DNA of 59,331 nt, taken from Candidatus Kapaibacterium sp. (GTDB lineage Bacteria > Bacteroidota > Ignavibacteria > Kapaibacteriales > UBA961). The notes below the pieces were generated by a model. The model searched no databases, was not told where the DNA came from, and saw only the letters and a list, made by a program, of their open reading frames with translations. Where the stretch lies: the NCBI GenBank assembly GCA_017302855.1, contig JAFLBY010000002.1, forward strand, positions 1 to 59,331, written 5' to 3'. Shown here in pieces: positions 10,521-20,300 of this stretch. The stretch's first letter is position 1, and each line of letters opens with the position of its first letter. The translations under genes were made by a program, and so were the position numbers.

Positions 10521-10722
10521 AAGAAAAACTCTTTTCGTTAGGAACATATGCAATGCTTATAATGTAAGTATGTTAATAAAATGTCTTTTGAGCTTATAAC
10601 TAAGCAAATACAGCTTTCGTTACGCCTTACACTAAAATTGACAAGTGTGAGAAAATAAACTAGAAAAAAAATGAGTCAACAGAAGAGAGCATTAATACAC
10701 GTATTTTCTAACTTTGTAATTT

Positions 10723-12291
10723 ATGACAAACTATATAAATATCGAACCTTTCAACCAAGAACTGCCAAGCGAGTTTGCAGACAGATTAGGTATTTATTAC
10801 ACTCAACAAGTAACAACTAAACATAAAAAGGATAACGGACAGTTCTTTACACCAATAAAAATTGCCAGATTAATGGCTTCGTATTGCGACTTAAGAAAGA
10901 ATACAATCCGAGTTTTAGACCCAGGCTGTGGGACCGCTATTCTAACTTGTGCTTTAATAGAATATTTAATTGAGAAACAACGTGACATATACTTTGTTGA
11001 TTTAGTCGCCTATGAAACTGATCCAAACTTAATTTCATCGTCACAAAAGACGCTAGCATATTTAAAAGCATGGCTTTTAGAAAAGGGAATTAGATTTCAA
11101 TATTTAATTCACGTTCACGATTTTATTTTAGATAATTCAAATGCACTAAGAGAAGAGTACCAAGAAGAAAAGTTTGACTTAATAATTTCAAACCCACCCT
11201 ATTTTAAACTTGCAAAAGATGATAAAAAAACTATTGCAGCTAAAGAGTTAGTAAACGGACAACCCAATATCTACTCAATTTTTATGGGAATTTCTGCAAA
11301 ACTACTTTCCCAAAATGGTGAGTTAATTTTTATTACACCAAGAAGCTTTGCTTCAGGTAGCTATTTTAAAGTATTCAGAGAACTGTTTTTCAACACCGTT
11401 CAAATTGACAAAATACATTTGTTCAACTCACGTAAAGACACATTCAACCGTGACAACATTTTACAAGAAACTGTTGTAATTAAAGCAATCAGAGAAGAAA
11501 TCAATCCAAAAAAAAATGTGCGTGTTTCTTCAAGTGTAGGAATTAAAGACATTTTTGAACCTACGATAAAATATTTCATTTCTGCTGATCTCATTGACCT
11601 AAATTCAAAAGAGAAAATTTTGCATTTGCCGACAAACGATAAAGAAGAAACCATTTTAAATTTAGTTTCTACTTGGGAAAATGTGTTGAGAGATTTCAAT
11701 ATAAAAATTTCAACAGGTCCTGTGGTTGCATTTCGAGCTTTGGATTATATCCAAAAACATTACGAAAATGGTACGGTCTTTTTAGCTCCTTTGTTTTGGC
11801 TTCACAACGTAAGAAAAATGATTCTGGAGTGGCCAAATGAATTCAAAGAAAAAGGTCAATTCATTAGAATAGAAAGCGGTTCAAAATCTTTGGTGATTCC
11901 GAACAAGAACTACATTCTTTTAAGGCGATTTAGTAGCAAAGACGATAAGTGTAGACTAATTGCAGCTCCATACTTCTGCAACTATGTAAAAGCAGACTTT
12001 ATCGGTATTGAAAACAAAGTAAACTATATATACAGGAAAGACGGACATTTAGACCGAAACGAAGTAGTTGGGCTTTGTGCATTACTCAACAGCGAATTGT
12101 TTGACGCTTACTTTCAAATTTTCAACGGCAACGTAAATGTAAGTGCAACGGAACTCAGGGAAATGAGATTTCCAAGATTAGAATACATAAAAGAAATTGG
12201 AAATAAAATCATATTATCTAATAACTACGCAATGGATAATGTGAACAATATTGTAAATAATTTAATAGGGGTCAAACAAATTGTAAAGTAA
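10723..12291 (+). CDS. Gamma-class N6-adenine DNA methyltransferase (Eco57I/PstI-M-like)
   Basis: Motif order is FFTP (X), VLDPGCGTAIL (I), then IISNPPYF (IV), followed by a ~300-aa C-terminal target-recognition region. Confidence 0.85.
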   Translation: MTNYINIEPFNQELPSEFADRLGIYYTQQVTTKHKKDNGQFFTPIKIARLMASYCDLRKNTIRVLDPGCGTAILTCALIEYLIEKQRDIYFVDLVAYETDPNLISSSQKTLAYLKAWLLEKGIRFQYLIHVHDFILDNSNALREEYQEEKFDLIISNPPYFKLAKDDKKTIAAKELVNGQPNIYSIFMGISAKLLSQNGELIFITPRSFASGSYFKVFRELFFNTVQIDKIHLFNSRKDTFNRDNILQETVVIKAIREEINPKKNVRVSSSVGIKDIFEPTIKYFISADLIDLNSKEKILHLPTNDKEETILNLVSTWENVLRDFNIKISTGPVVAFRALDYIQKHYENGTVFLAPLFWLHNVRKMILEWPNEFKEKGQFIRIESGSKSLVIPNKNYILLRRFSSKDDKCRLIAAPYFCNYVKADFIGIENKVNYIYRKDGHLDRNEVVGLCALLNSELFDAYFQIFNGNVNVSATELREMRFPRLEYIKEIGNKIILSNNYAMDNVNNIVNNLIGVKQIVK

Positions 12292-12294
12292 ATT

Positions 12295-13428
12295 ATGAAT
12301 TTAGAAGAAAAAAATAAAGAGCTACAGATAGAAATTGAGAATGTCAGAAAAGAGATTAAAACTGATAACTTTAGCATGGCAATCCGTGAACTTGTTCAAG
12401 TTTACAGAGATGGTGACTTAGAACTTTCCCCAGCCTATCAAAGACTTTTTAGATGGTCTGATGAAACAAAAACAAAATTTATCGAGTCTATTTTAATGGG
12501 GATTCCGACACCACCTATATTTATTGCTCAGAAAAAGGGATCAAAATGGACTATTGTTGATGGATTACAAAGGGTATCAACAATATTGCAATTGATGAAA
12601 TTAATTGAAGTTAGAGACACCGAGGGAAACCTAAAGCCTCCGTTTAGATTTAAATCGGCTGAAAAGCTCCCTTCAATTGAGGACTTAGATTGGCTATCTC
12701 TTAACGAAGATGCTCAAAGAATAATTAAAATGACAAAAATTGACTTGAAAATAATCCTTATTGAAGACAACATTGAAGCTCAATATGAATTATTCACAAG
12801 ATTAAATACAGGTTCGGTTTCATTACAAGCACAAGAGATTAGAAATTGTTTAATAATAATGCTTGATGAGAATTTTTACAACAAAATCAATGACTTAAAA
12901 ACTATGCCTGAGTATAGAAACTGTATTGATTTAACAGAGAATAAAAATGAAATAGAATTTCCAATGGAACTAATACTTCGTTATTTTATTTTAAAACACA
13001 ATAAAATAAATTTTAGTAATTACAACTTATCAAGTGATTTACTTAGCTTATTTATAGATAAAGAAACTGCTAAAATAATTAAAGATAAAACTTTTGTGAT
13101 TGAAGATGAGATAAATGTTTTTAAACGAGTTTTTGTGTTGTTAGATGAAGTGTTGAACAAAAATACTTTTAGAAAATTCAATGCCGTTAAAGATGAATTC
13201 GAAGGTCCATTTTTACAAACAGCTTTTGAAGCAATTCTTCCCGGGTTAGCAAAAAACATTGATTACTATGAAGGTCAAGGTAAAGAAATTTTGAAACCAA
13301 AAATTATTCAAATGTATTTAGAAGAAGACTATATCAATGCTGCAAAAAGAGGAAACAAAGCATTGCCTAGAATACAAAGTATGATTTCATTTTCCAACCT
13401 ATATTTTAGCGTCAATGGAGATAGCTAA
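12295..13428 (+). CDS. DUF262 (ParB/GmrSD N-terminal-like) protein without a DUF1524 nuclease domain
   Basis: SPAYQRLFRWSDETKTKFIESILMGIPTPPIFI...WTIVDGLQRVST carries the DGQQR-type motif. The C-terminal half is helical with no His-Me/HNH motif. Confidence 0.8.
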   Translation: MNLEEKNKELQIEIENVRKEIKTDNFSMAIRELVQVYRDGDLELSPAYQRLFRWSDETKTKFIESILMGIPTPPIFIAQKKGSKWTIVDGLQRVSTILQLMKLIEVRDTEGNLKPPFRFKSAEKLPSIEDLDWLSLNEDAQRIIKMTKIDLKIILIEDNIEAQYELFTRLNTGSVSLQAQEIRNCLIIMLDENFYNKINDLKTMPEYRNCIDLTENKNEIEFPMELILRYFILKHNKINFSNYNLSSDLLSLFIDKETAKIIKDKTFVIEDEINVFKRVFVLLDEVLNKNTFRKFNAVKDEFEGPFLQTAFEAILPGLAKNIDYYEGQGKEILKPKIIQMYLEEDYINAAKRGNKALPRIQSMISFSNLYFSVNGDS

Positions 13429-14188
13429 ACTTGAAGATCTTCTATATGAGGATTGGACTTGGCGAAAGACTGAAATTTCAGAACTAATCATTTTAGCGGA
13501 GACAGAAAAAACAAATGTTCTATTAAAATCAGTCATTTTGCTTTTATATGCTCATTGGGAAGGTTACATAAAAAAATCAAGTAAAACTTATTTAAAATTT
13601 ATCTCCGACAACCAAATTGAAGCTTCTAAACTGACAGATAACTTTAAGTATATTGCTTTAAAAGGGTTGTCCAAGGAAGTATTTAATTCTAGAGATACTT
13701 TGACTACAAATAACGAGCTAAAATTTATTAATAAGTTTAATCAAATAAATGAGACGACGATTGACAGATTTATTAGAATCGATTTAGAGAACGAAAGAGA
13801 TAAATCGATTATTGACACACAAGACAACCTTACTCCTGCTGTTTTTAGGAAAATTCTTGATATAATTGGTTTGAAATATTTAAATGGATATGAGTCAAAA
13901 AAAACACATATTGAACATAATCTAGTAGATCACAGAAATTCTATAGGTCACGGTAACAAGCGACTATCAAGTAATGAAGATTTTCTTTTAGAAATAGCTT
14001 CATTAAAAGAACTTAGAGATATAATTTTTTTGATAATCGAAAATTTCAGAGACGATATCATTCAGTTTGCAAAAGAAGGTTATTACCTAAGAGATAATTT
14101 AGGGTTGATAGAGAATTATTGTACAAGTAAAGAAGATATAATTTCTAGAGAGTTAAACGCTATACAATCAAGATACAACAATGAATAA
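13415..14188 (+). CDS. HEPN-like nuclease (MAE_28990/RiboL-PSP-like family)
   Basis: LLYAHWEGYIKK lies near the N-terminus and HRNSIGHG supplies an Rx4H HEPN catalytic motif. It overlaps the DUF262 gene by 14 nt and the REase gene by 8 nt. Confidence 0.7.
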   Translation: MEIAKLEDLLYEDWTWRKTEISELIILAETEKTNVLLKSVILLLYAHWEGYIKKSSKTYLKFISDNQIEASKLTDNFKYIALKGLSKEVFNSRDTLTTNNELKFINKFNQINETTIDRFIRIDLENERDKSIIDTQDNLTPAVFRKILDIIGLKYLNGYESKKTHIEHNLVDHRNSIGHGNKRLSSNEDFLLEIASLKELRDIIFLIIENFRDDIIQFAKEGYYLRDNLGLIENYCTSKEDIISRELNAIQSRYNNE

Positions 14189-15116
14189 ACTAGAAGAAGC
14201 ACGAGAGATACTTAAAGCATTAGGACTTCCGCCAGCACAATACAATGAAATGGCGGCATTGACACTTTTAGCGGTCTGCAACATTAAGGAAAATGATAGT
14301 TGGTCAAATGCAACTCGTCAGAGTTTAGGAGTTACAAAAGGAATCATGACTTTTGTAAACGACAACTACGGAAAATTTTATGCACCAAATACTAGAGAAA
14401 CATTCAGAAGGCAAGTGCTTCACCAATTTGTTCAAGCACGAGTTGTTGACTACAACCCCGACAAACCTGATTTGCCAGTAAACAGCCCTAATGCTCATTA
14501 CGCTTTAACAAAGGAAGTTTTGGAAGTTGTAAAAACATACAAAACCAAAAATTGGAATAAGGCTTTGAAAAATTTCATTGACACAGTTGGCAAACTTTCA
14601 GAAGTATATTTGAAAGAAAGAGAACTAAATCAAATTCCAGTTACGCTTCAAAACGGAGAAACAATCAAACTCTCCGCAGGAAAACATAATGAAGTTCAAG
14701 CAGCAATAGTTGAACAGTTTGCCCCACGTTTTGCAAATGGTGGAACACTTCTATACTTAGGCGACACAGCAAAAAAAGACTTATTCGTTGACGGAAAGGG
14801 GCTACAAGATTTAGGGATTCCAATTGACCAACACAGCAAACTACCTGATGTTGTAATCTATGATAACAAACGAAAATGGTTGTTTTTAATTGAAGCCGTA
14901 ACTTCTCATGGGCCGGTTTCTCCGAAACGACTGTTAGAACTGGAAGACTTTTTGAAAAACTGTAAAGTCGGAAAAATATATGTGACGGCTTTCCCTGATA
15001 TGACAGAATTTAAAAAACATTCAAACAATATAGCTTGGGAGACAGAAGTTTGGTTGATGGAAGTTCCCGACCATATGATACATTTTAACGGAGACAGATT
15101 TATTGGACCAAGATAG
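14181..15116 (+). CDS. BsuBI/PstI-family type II restriction endonuclease
   Basis: The N-terminus EAREILKALGLPPAQYNEMAALTLLAV and the C-terminus PDVVIYDNKRKWLFLIEAVTSHGPVSPKR...VTAFPD...IAWETEVWLMEVPDHMIHFNGDRFIGP match my recollection of the BsuBI_PstI_RE family consensus. Confidence 0.75.
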   Translation: MNKLEEAREILKALGLPPAQYNEMAALTLLAVCNIKENDSWSNATRQSLGVTKGIMTFVNDNYGKFYAPNTRETFRRQVLHQFVQARVVDYNPDKPDLPVNSPNAHYALTKEVLEVVKTYKTKNWNKALKNFIDTVGKLSEVYLKERELNQIPVTLQNGETIKLSAGKHNEVQAAIVEQFAPRFANGGTLLYLGDTAKKDLFVDGKGLQDLGIPIDQHSKLPDVVIYDNKRKWLFLIEAVTSHGPVSPKRLLELEDFLKNCKVGKIYVTAFPDMTEFKKHSNNIAWETEVWLMEVPDHMIHFNGDRFIGPR

Positions 15117-15124
15117 CGCAATCT

Positions 15125-15742
15125 TTGGGTGGGCAAAAACGGAAATGTCTATTTGGGAAAATTGTCGAAACAGACCTACGTGTCTGCCCTGAAATGATTT
15201 TGAACGATGCCGGTAAAATGGTTGAAAAATGGTATTATGTATTGGAACAAAAATTCCCTGATATTAAAATAATGCCCAATCATTTCCATTGTATCATAGA
15301 GAATGTCGGGGCAATAGGGGCTGACCTGCGTGTCCGCCCCATTACCAATGATCCTGATAAACACATCAACAATCATCCTGATATATACATCAACAATCAT
15401 CCTGATATATACATCAACAATCATCCTGATAAACACATCAACAATCATCCTGATATATACATCAACAATGATTCTAATAAATACATCAACAATGATTCTA
15501 ATAAAACAGAGGGCGAACACATCGGTTCGCCCCTATATCGTGTCGTGCAATGGTTTAAAACAATGACAACCAATGAATATATACGTGGGGTGAAAAATTT
15601 GGGTTGGCAACCATTTGATGGCAAATTGTGGCAACGCAATTATTATGAACACATTATCCGCAATGAAAAATCCTATCATAACATTACAAATTACATAATC
15701 AATAACCCTGCTAAATGGGCAGAAGATACATTTTATGGCTAA
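15125..15742 (+). mobile_element. IS200/RAYT-like Y1 (HUH) transposase, apparently 5'-truncated
   Basis: HUH motif MPNHFHCII. The C-terminal segment SPLYRVVQWFKTMTTNEYIR...KLWQRNYYEHIIRNEKSY carries the catalytic Tyr. The usual N-terminal ~30 aa (..YDYS..YF.T.CT) are missing, and the ORF only opens at a TTG right after the REase stop. Confidence 0.65.
15341..15508 (+). repeat. In-frame 24-bp minisatellite, 7 units, inside the transposase gene
   Basis: ATCAACAATCATCCTGATATATAC and variants encode ITNDPDKH / INNHPDIY x2 / INNHPDKH / INNHPDIY / INNDSNKY / INNDSNKT. Confidence 0.95.
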
Positions 15743-15882
15743 TGAACCCAGACAAATATGAGAAGAACAATTTATTGTCCAATTGCAAAAATTGGCTTGT
15801 AGATATATTGTAATCAATAGTGAAAAAAATTTATTGCTCTACCATAAATGATAATGAGAAAAACATAATCAAACTATAAAAA

Positions 15883-16524
15883 ATGGACAGATATAAAGAA
15901 ACATTCGAAACGTGGAATACCATTGCTTCATTGTATCAAGACAAATTCATGGACTTGGATATTTATAATGAAACATATTCTATTGTTTGTCATTCCATTG
16001 CCAAGAACAATGCTGCACTGTTAGACATTGGGTGCGGACCGGGTAATATCACAAAGTATCTTCTATCAACTCGACCCGACTTTGATATTGTTGGAATTGA
16101 TATTGCACCCAATATGATTGAACTTGCAAAAAAGAATAATCCAACAGCAAATTTTGCGATTATGGATATAAGACATATTGATAAAATTACAATAAAATAT
16201 GACGGAATCATTTGTGGGTTTTGCTTACCGTACTTATCACATACCGACAGTCATAAATTTATCAGCGACTGTTACAATTTACTGAATGATGATGGACTTC
16301 TTTATATTAGTTTTGTCGAAGGCGACCCAAGCACATCCGGTTTCCAAGTAGGAAGCAATGGGCACCGAAGTTATTTTTATTTTTACAATCTCAATGACAT
16401 CACATCACAATTGGCTAAAAATAATTTTGACGACTTGAGAATAATGAACGTGGAATATAAAAGAAATGCCACAGATATTGAAATTCATACTATAATAATA
16501 GCAAAGAAAAAAGCGACAGATTAA
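15883..16524 (+). CDS. Class I SAM-dependent methyltransferase
   Basis: Motif I LLDIGCGPGNIT, with later DGIICGF and DGLLYISF segments. Confidence 0.8.
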   Translation: MDRYKETFETWNTIASLYQDKFMDLDIYNETYSIVCHSIAKNNAALLDIGCGPGNITKYLLSTRPDFDIVGIDIAPNMIELAKKNNPTANFAIMDIRHIDKITIKYDGIICGFCLPYLSHTDSHKFISDCYNLLNDDGLLYISFVEGDPSTSGFQVGSNGHRSYFYFYNLNDITSQLAKNNFDDLRIMNVEYKRNATDIEIHTIIIAKKKATD

Positions 16525-16656
16525 TTGCTACCACATCAGTATAATTCATGATCACATAGTACTATTATTATTTCTTTCTTGTACGATTAAATATTTTAGA
16601 ATCAAAGATATAAAAAACTTGAGAAAAAAAACAATGAGCATAACCTAATATTAGTA

Positions 16657-17238
16657 TTAAAGTCCTGTTTCCTCAACCCATTGCCGAAGTCGCGGAGGGG
16701 AGTATGAAGCCATCAAAGCAAGTAATTGCTCATAGTTATCGTGAACTATATATAATGGAATATGTTCTTCGCGAACAAATCCTTTTTCCGCCATTGTCTT
16801 TATCATCGTTACTAATGGATTATAAAATCCTTCAATATTCCATAGTCCTATGGGTTTAGTATGCAATCCTAATTGTGCCCATGTCAGTATTTCAAAAAAT
16901 TCGTCCATTGTTCCATAACCGCCGGGAAGAATAATAATACCATCACAGAGTTTATACATACTCATTTTTCTTTCATGCATGGACTCTACGATAATACATT
17001 CTGTCAAATGCTGATGCATAATTTCTTTATTGGTAAAAAAAGAAGGGATAATACCCGTGACTTTACCACCATTATCCAGAACACCATCTGCTACAGCCCC
17101 CATTAAACCAATGGATGCTCCGCCATAGACCAAAGAATATTGATTGAGAGCAAGGTATGTGCCTAATGTGTATGCCTGTTCGGCATACAGTTCTTCATTA
17201 CCGGAACTTGAACCACAAAATACAGCGATTGTTTTCAT
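16657..17238 (-). CDS. LOG-family protein (TIGR00730-type, cytokinin riboside 5'-monophosphate phosphoribohydrolase-like)
   Basis: MKTIAVFCGSS start, GGASIGLMG and the PGGYGTMDEFFE motif. The internal ATG at 17238 is chosen because the upstream extension is non-homologous. Confidence 0.85.
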   Translation of the reverse strand: MKTIAVFCGSSSGNEELYAEQAYTLGTYLALNQYSLVYGGASIGLMGAVADGVLDNGGKVTGIIPSFFTNKEIMHQHLTECIIVESMHERKMSMYKLCDGIIILPGGYGTMDEFFEILTWAQLGLHTKPIGLWNIEGFYNPLVTMIKTMAEKGFVREEHIPLYIVHDNYEQLLALMASYSPPRLRQWVEETGL

Positions 17239-17353
17239 TGTCATCAACAAAATTGATAAAAATATTTTCAAAAATGGTGAATTTCTTGTTTTCACAACAT
17301 AAAAAAAGCCCACTCCATCAGATGGAATGAGCTTTCTGTAATAAAAATAAATT

Positions 17354-20300
17354 TTATCGAACAATTGTCAATGGTATATTCACGGTTTCTTCAGCAGTTT
17401 TTACCGATACACGATACATACCCGCAGCCAAGCGATTTGTTTCAAAAGTACGGGTTGTATATTCGCCGCTCAGATACAATTTTTGCACTTCCACACCCTC
17501 CATTGTTGTAATGGTGATTTGTCGTATCGCCGCACCATTGCTGAAAAGTGTAATAAGGTCATTTGCCGGATTTGGCATTAATTCTACCGATGGCAATGGT
17601 TGATTGGCTATATTTTCCTCTTCACTTTCTTTGAGCAAAGGATTGCCCGGAGCGCCGATATTATATTTAAGATTTAACTCATCAAACACCGCTGTTCTTT
17701 CGTCCACATCGGCTGTGTTAAGCATAATAACCTCAGCTATTTGACCCAAAAATGGATCACCAAATGGTAAAAACGAATAAGCATTATGATAGCGGGTTTG
17801 TTCCACAACGGCACCGATGCCATTCAATTGATTACCGCCTTGTATGTTGGGGTCACGGAAATTAACTGCCAATGAAGCAGCTTCAATGAGATAACTTGTA
17901 GAGTTAAGCGATAAACGATTACGACTGCCATCATAGACATATTGCACCAAATACACGCGATTAGGCAATACTTGACGATTCAAATGCCATGCACGTAATT
18001 GATCCCATACTCCAGCATGTAAACGGAAGCCGTCTATATACATATTAAAACCACCGGGGATACCGCCAAATTCCATAAGCATCTGGCGTGAAGTCACATT
18101 AGCACCTGTGCGAATAACTGCAAACATGGTTTTACTTGAACCGCCCGATAATTCCGAACGTGTATTGATTTGCATACCGCGTCCGACACCAAATTGCACC
18201 ACAGGATGGCTATTGATAAGAAAAGCCGCACTATTACGTAATGCCGGACGACGAGCCATGACCGATTGCTCACCATTATCATCATTACCGGCAAGATCAT
18301 CCCAAAAACCTGTTAATGTGCCATCAGGACCGGAGTGAGTGCCTGCATTCAAATGAAGTATTCTATTACCTGTTGCAATTGCACCTTTAATAGCAAATGC
18401 TGTACTTAGCCCCGGTTGATAACCCGGTGATGCAGCGGTTAATTGTTCAAACGGCGATGAAGTACCAAATGTCAATGTGCCATAACGCGCGATGCCATCT
18501 TCATTCATCAATGCTCCTTCGGGAGAATTATTAAGTCTGCGATTGGTGATAAAGACTTCACGTCCTTCCACATCGCGGTCACGATTATTGAATTCATCAA
18601 TAGCTTCGACCGTTACATCAGGTTGCATCATCGCATCAACATCCACATCAGATGGCTGACCCAGAAAACGCAAACGATCGGCAATGACTTCCAAACGATT
18701 ATCGTCGCCATTCATCGAACTTGTTGCTCCACCGCCGTCAAGATCACGAAACTCTGTGCCGCCCGGTATCGAAACAGCTTCCACAACGCGGAACAGCAAT
18801 TGAGTATTATCATTAACCGACTCAGTAAATGTAGCTCGTAACTCAAGTGTACGCGTACCATTATCCGGCACCACAATATTCAATCCTGTGAATTGCGCCA
18901 CCGATGTTGTGCAACAAGGAATAGACACTTCTGCTATTTCATTAATGCCATCATAAAGAGCAAGGCGGCGAATCATAGCAGGATGGCTGACATCAATGGT
19001 TAAGGAAGTCATCGTCGTAGTGAAACCGTCATTATCGGGCGCGGTTGCACCGCCATCACGCACGGTTAATCCCATCACCGCAACGGAATTTGTTGTAGTG
19101 ATATCATTTGCTCGATAATCAATGTAAGGTATATTCTGCATATAACTAAATTCCGGTGTGACAACAATATCGCTTCCCCGCAATGCCGTTGCTGCCGTGC
19201 CGGCAAGATAGCCATAAGAGTCAAAACTTCCATAACCGTATATCATTGCTGATAATTTATCGCCACCCGCATCTAATGTATGGGTTCCGCCAACAACAGT
19301 TGTAGTTGTAGCAGACATTGTCGGGTCATTGGGAATAGTCGTAAAGCCGGTGACAGGAGCACCGTCCAATGTCACATTGGCTGTATTGGATGTTGCTGTG
19401 ACAATATTGACAAAATATGTCGGAATATTGGGCGTAACAAAAGCATTAAAAACAATACGATCTATCATCTGATCTATGGGTGGTACATAGACAACAAAAG
19501 GATCTGAAGTCACACCGTCACAAGATGATCCCGGGCTATATTGCATAAGTGCAACAGGTGCAGAACTTGTGATAACCTCACGTTGTGTAGTCGAAAAACT
19601 AAATGTTTGGCGCGCATTGAGTGTAGCAACCACAACGCCATTACGTCGAATTGTTGTACCGTTTTCTGTTGCAACAACATCGTAGAATATAGGCGCAGTA
19701 CGCAAAGCAAGAGGAATAGTAATAAAGTTTTGTCCTAAACGATTTGTGGGCATATTTTGCTCAAAAATATGGTCACATGCTGTACAGCCACCTATGCGCA
19801 CACAGGTAGCACCTGCAAAAACAGCAACCGGAAGAGTTGATGTCACAGTACTTCCATTAAGACTTTGGCTTGATGACGATTGCACTTGATAGGTCTGTCC
19901 TCTTTGTAATGTAATATCAAATGGTGTATTGGCTGCTCGAAAATTCCGCGTTGTTGAAGAAGGATTAATTGTAACAACGGTATTGTTCTCTGTTGCGACA
20001 ATTAAAAATTGAGAGTTAAACTCATCTGTTCTTGCCCCGGCAATAGTATAGAAAGTTCCCAAAGCGGGAGTGGGCAACACACCGGTTGCATCACTGGAAG
20101 CGGATCCTGCATTAAGCCCATAAACAGAAACAGGATTATTAGCAATAACACGTATCCCCATATTTCTAATTGTTTCGGAACCGGTGTTATATCCTTGATT
20201 TAAGGGAATAACAACTGATGTAGAAGAGTTGGCAGCAATTGTAAAGTTTTGTGAGAATGTTCCCATTGGTATAGAAACAGTACCCGTCGTAGCAACATCA

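Noticed and set aside
15176-15639. ORFs of 64-114 aa in other frames and on the other strand across the 24-bp minisatellite.
   Set aside because: They are repeat-generated open frames with periodic peptides, fully inside the transposase ORF, which has recognisable HUH and Tyr motifs.
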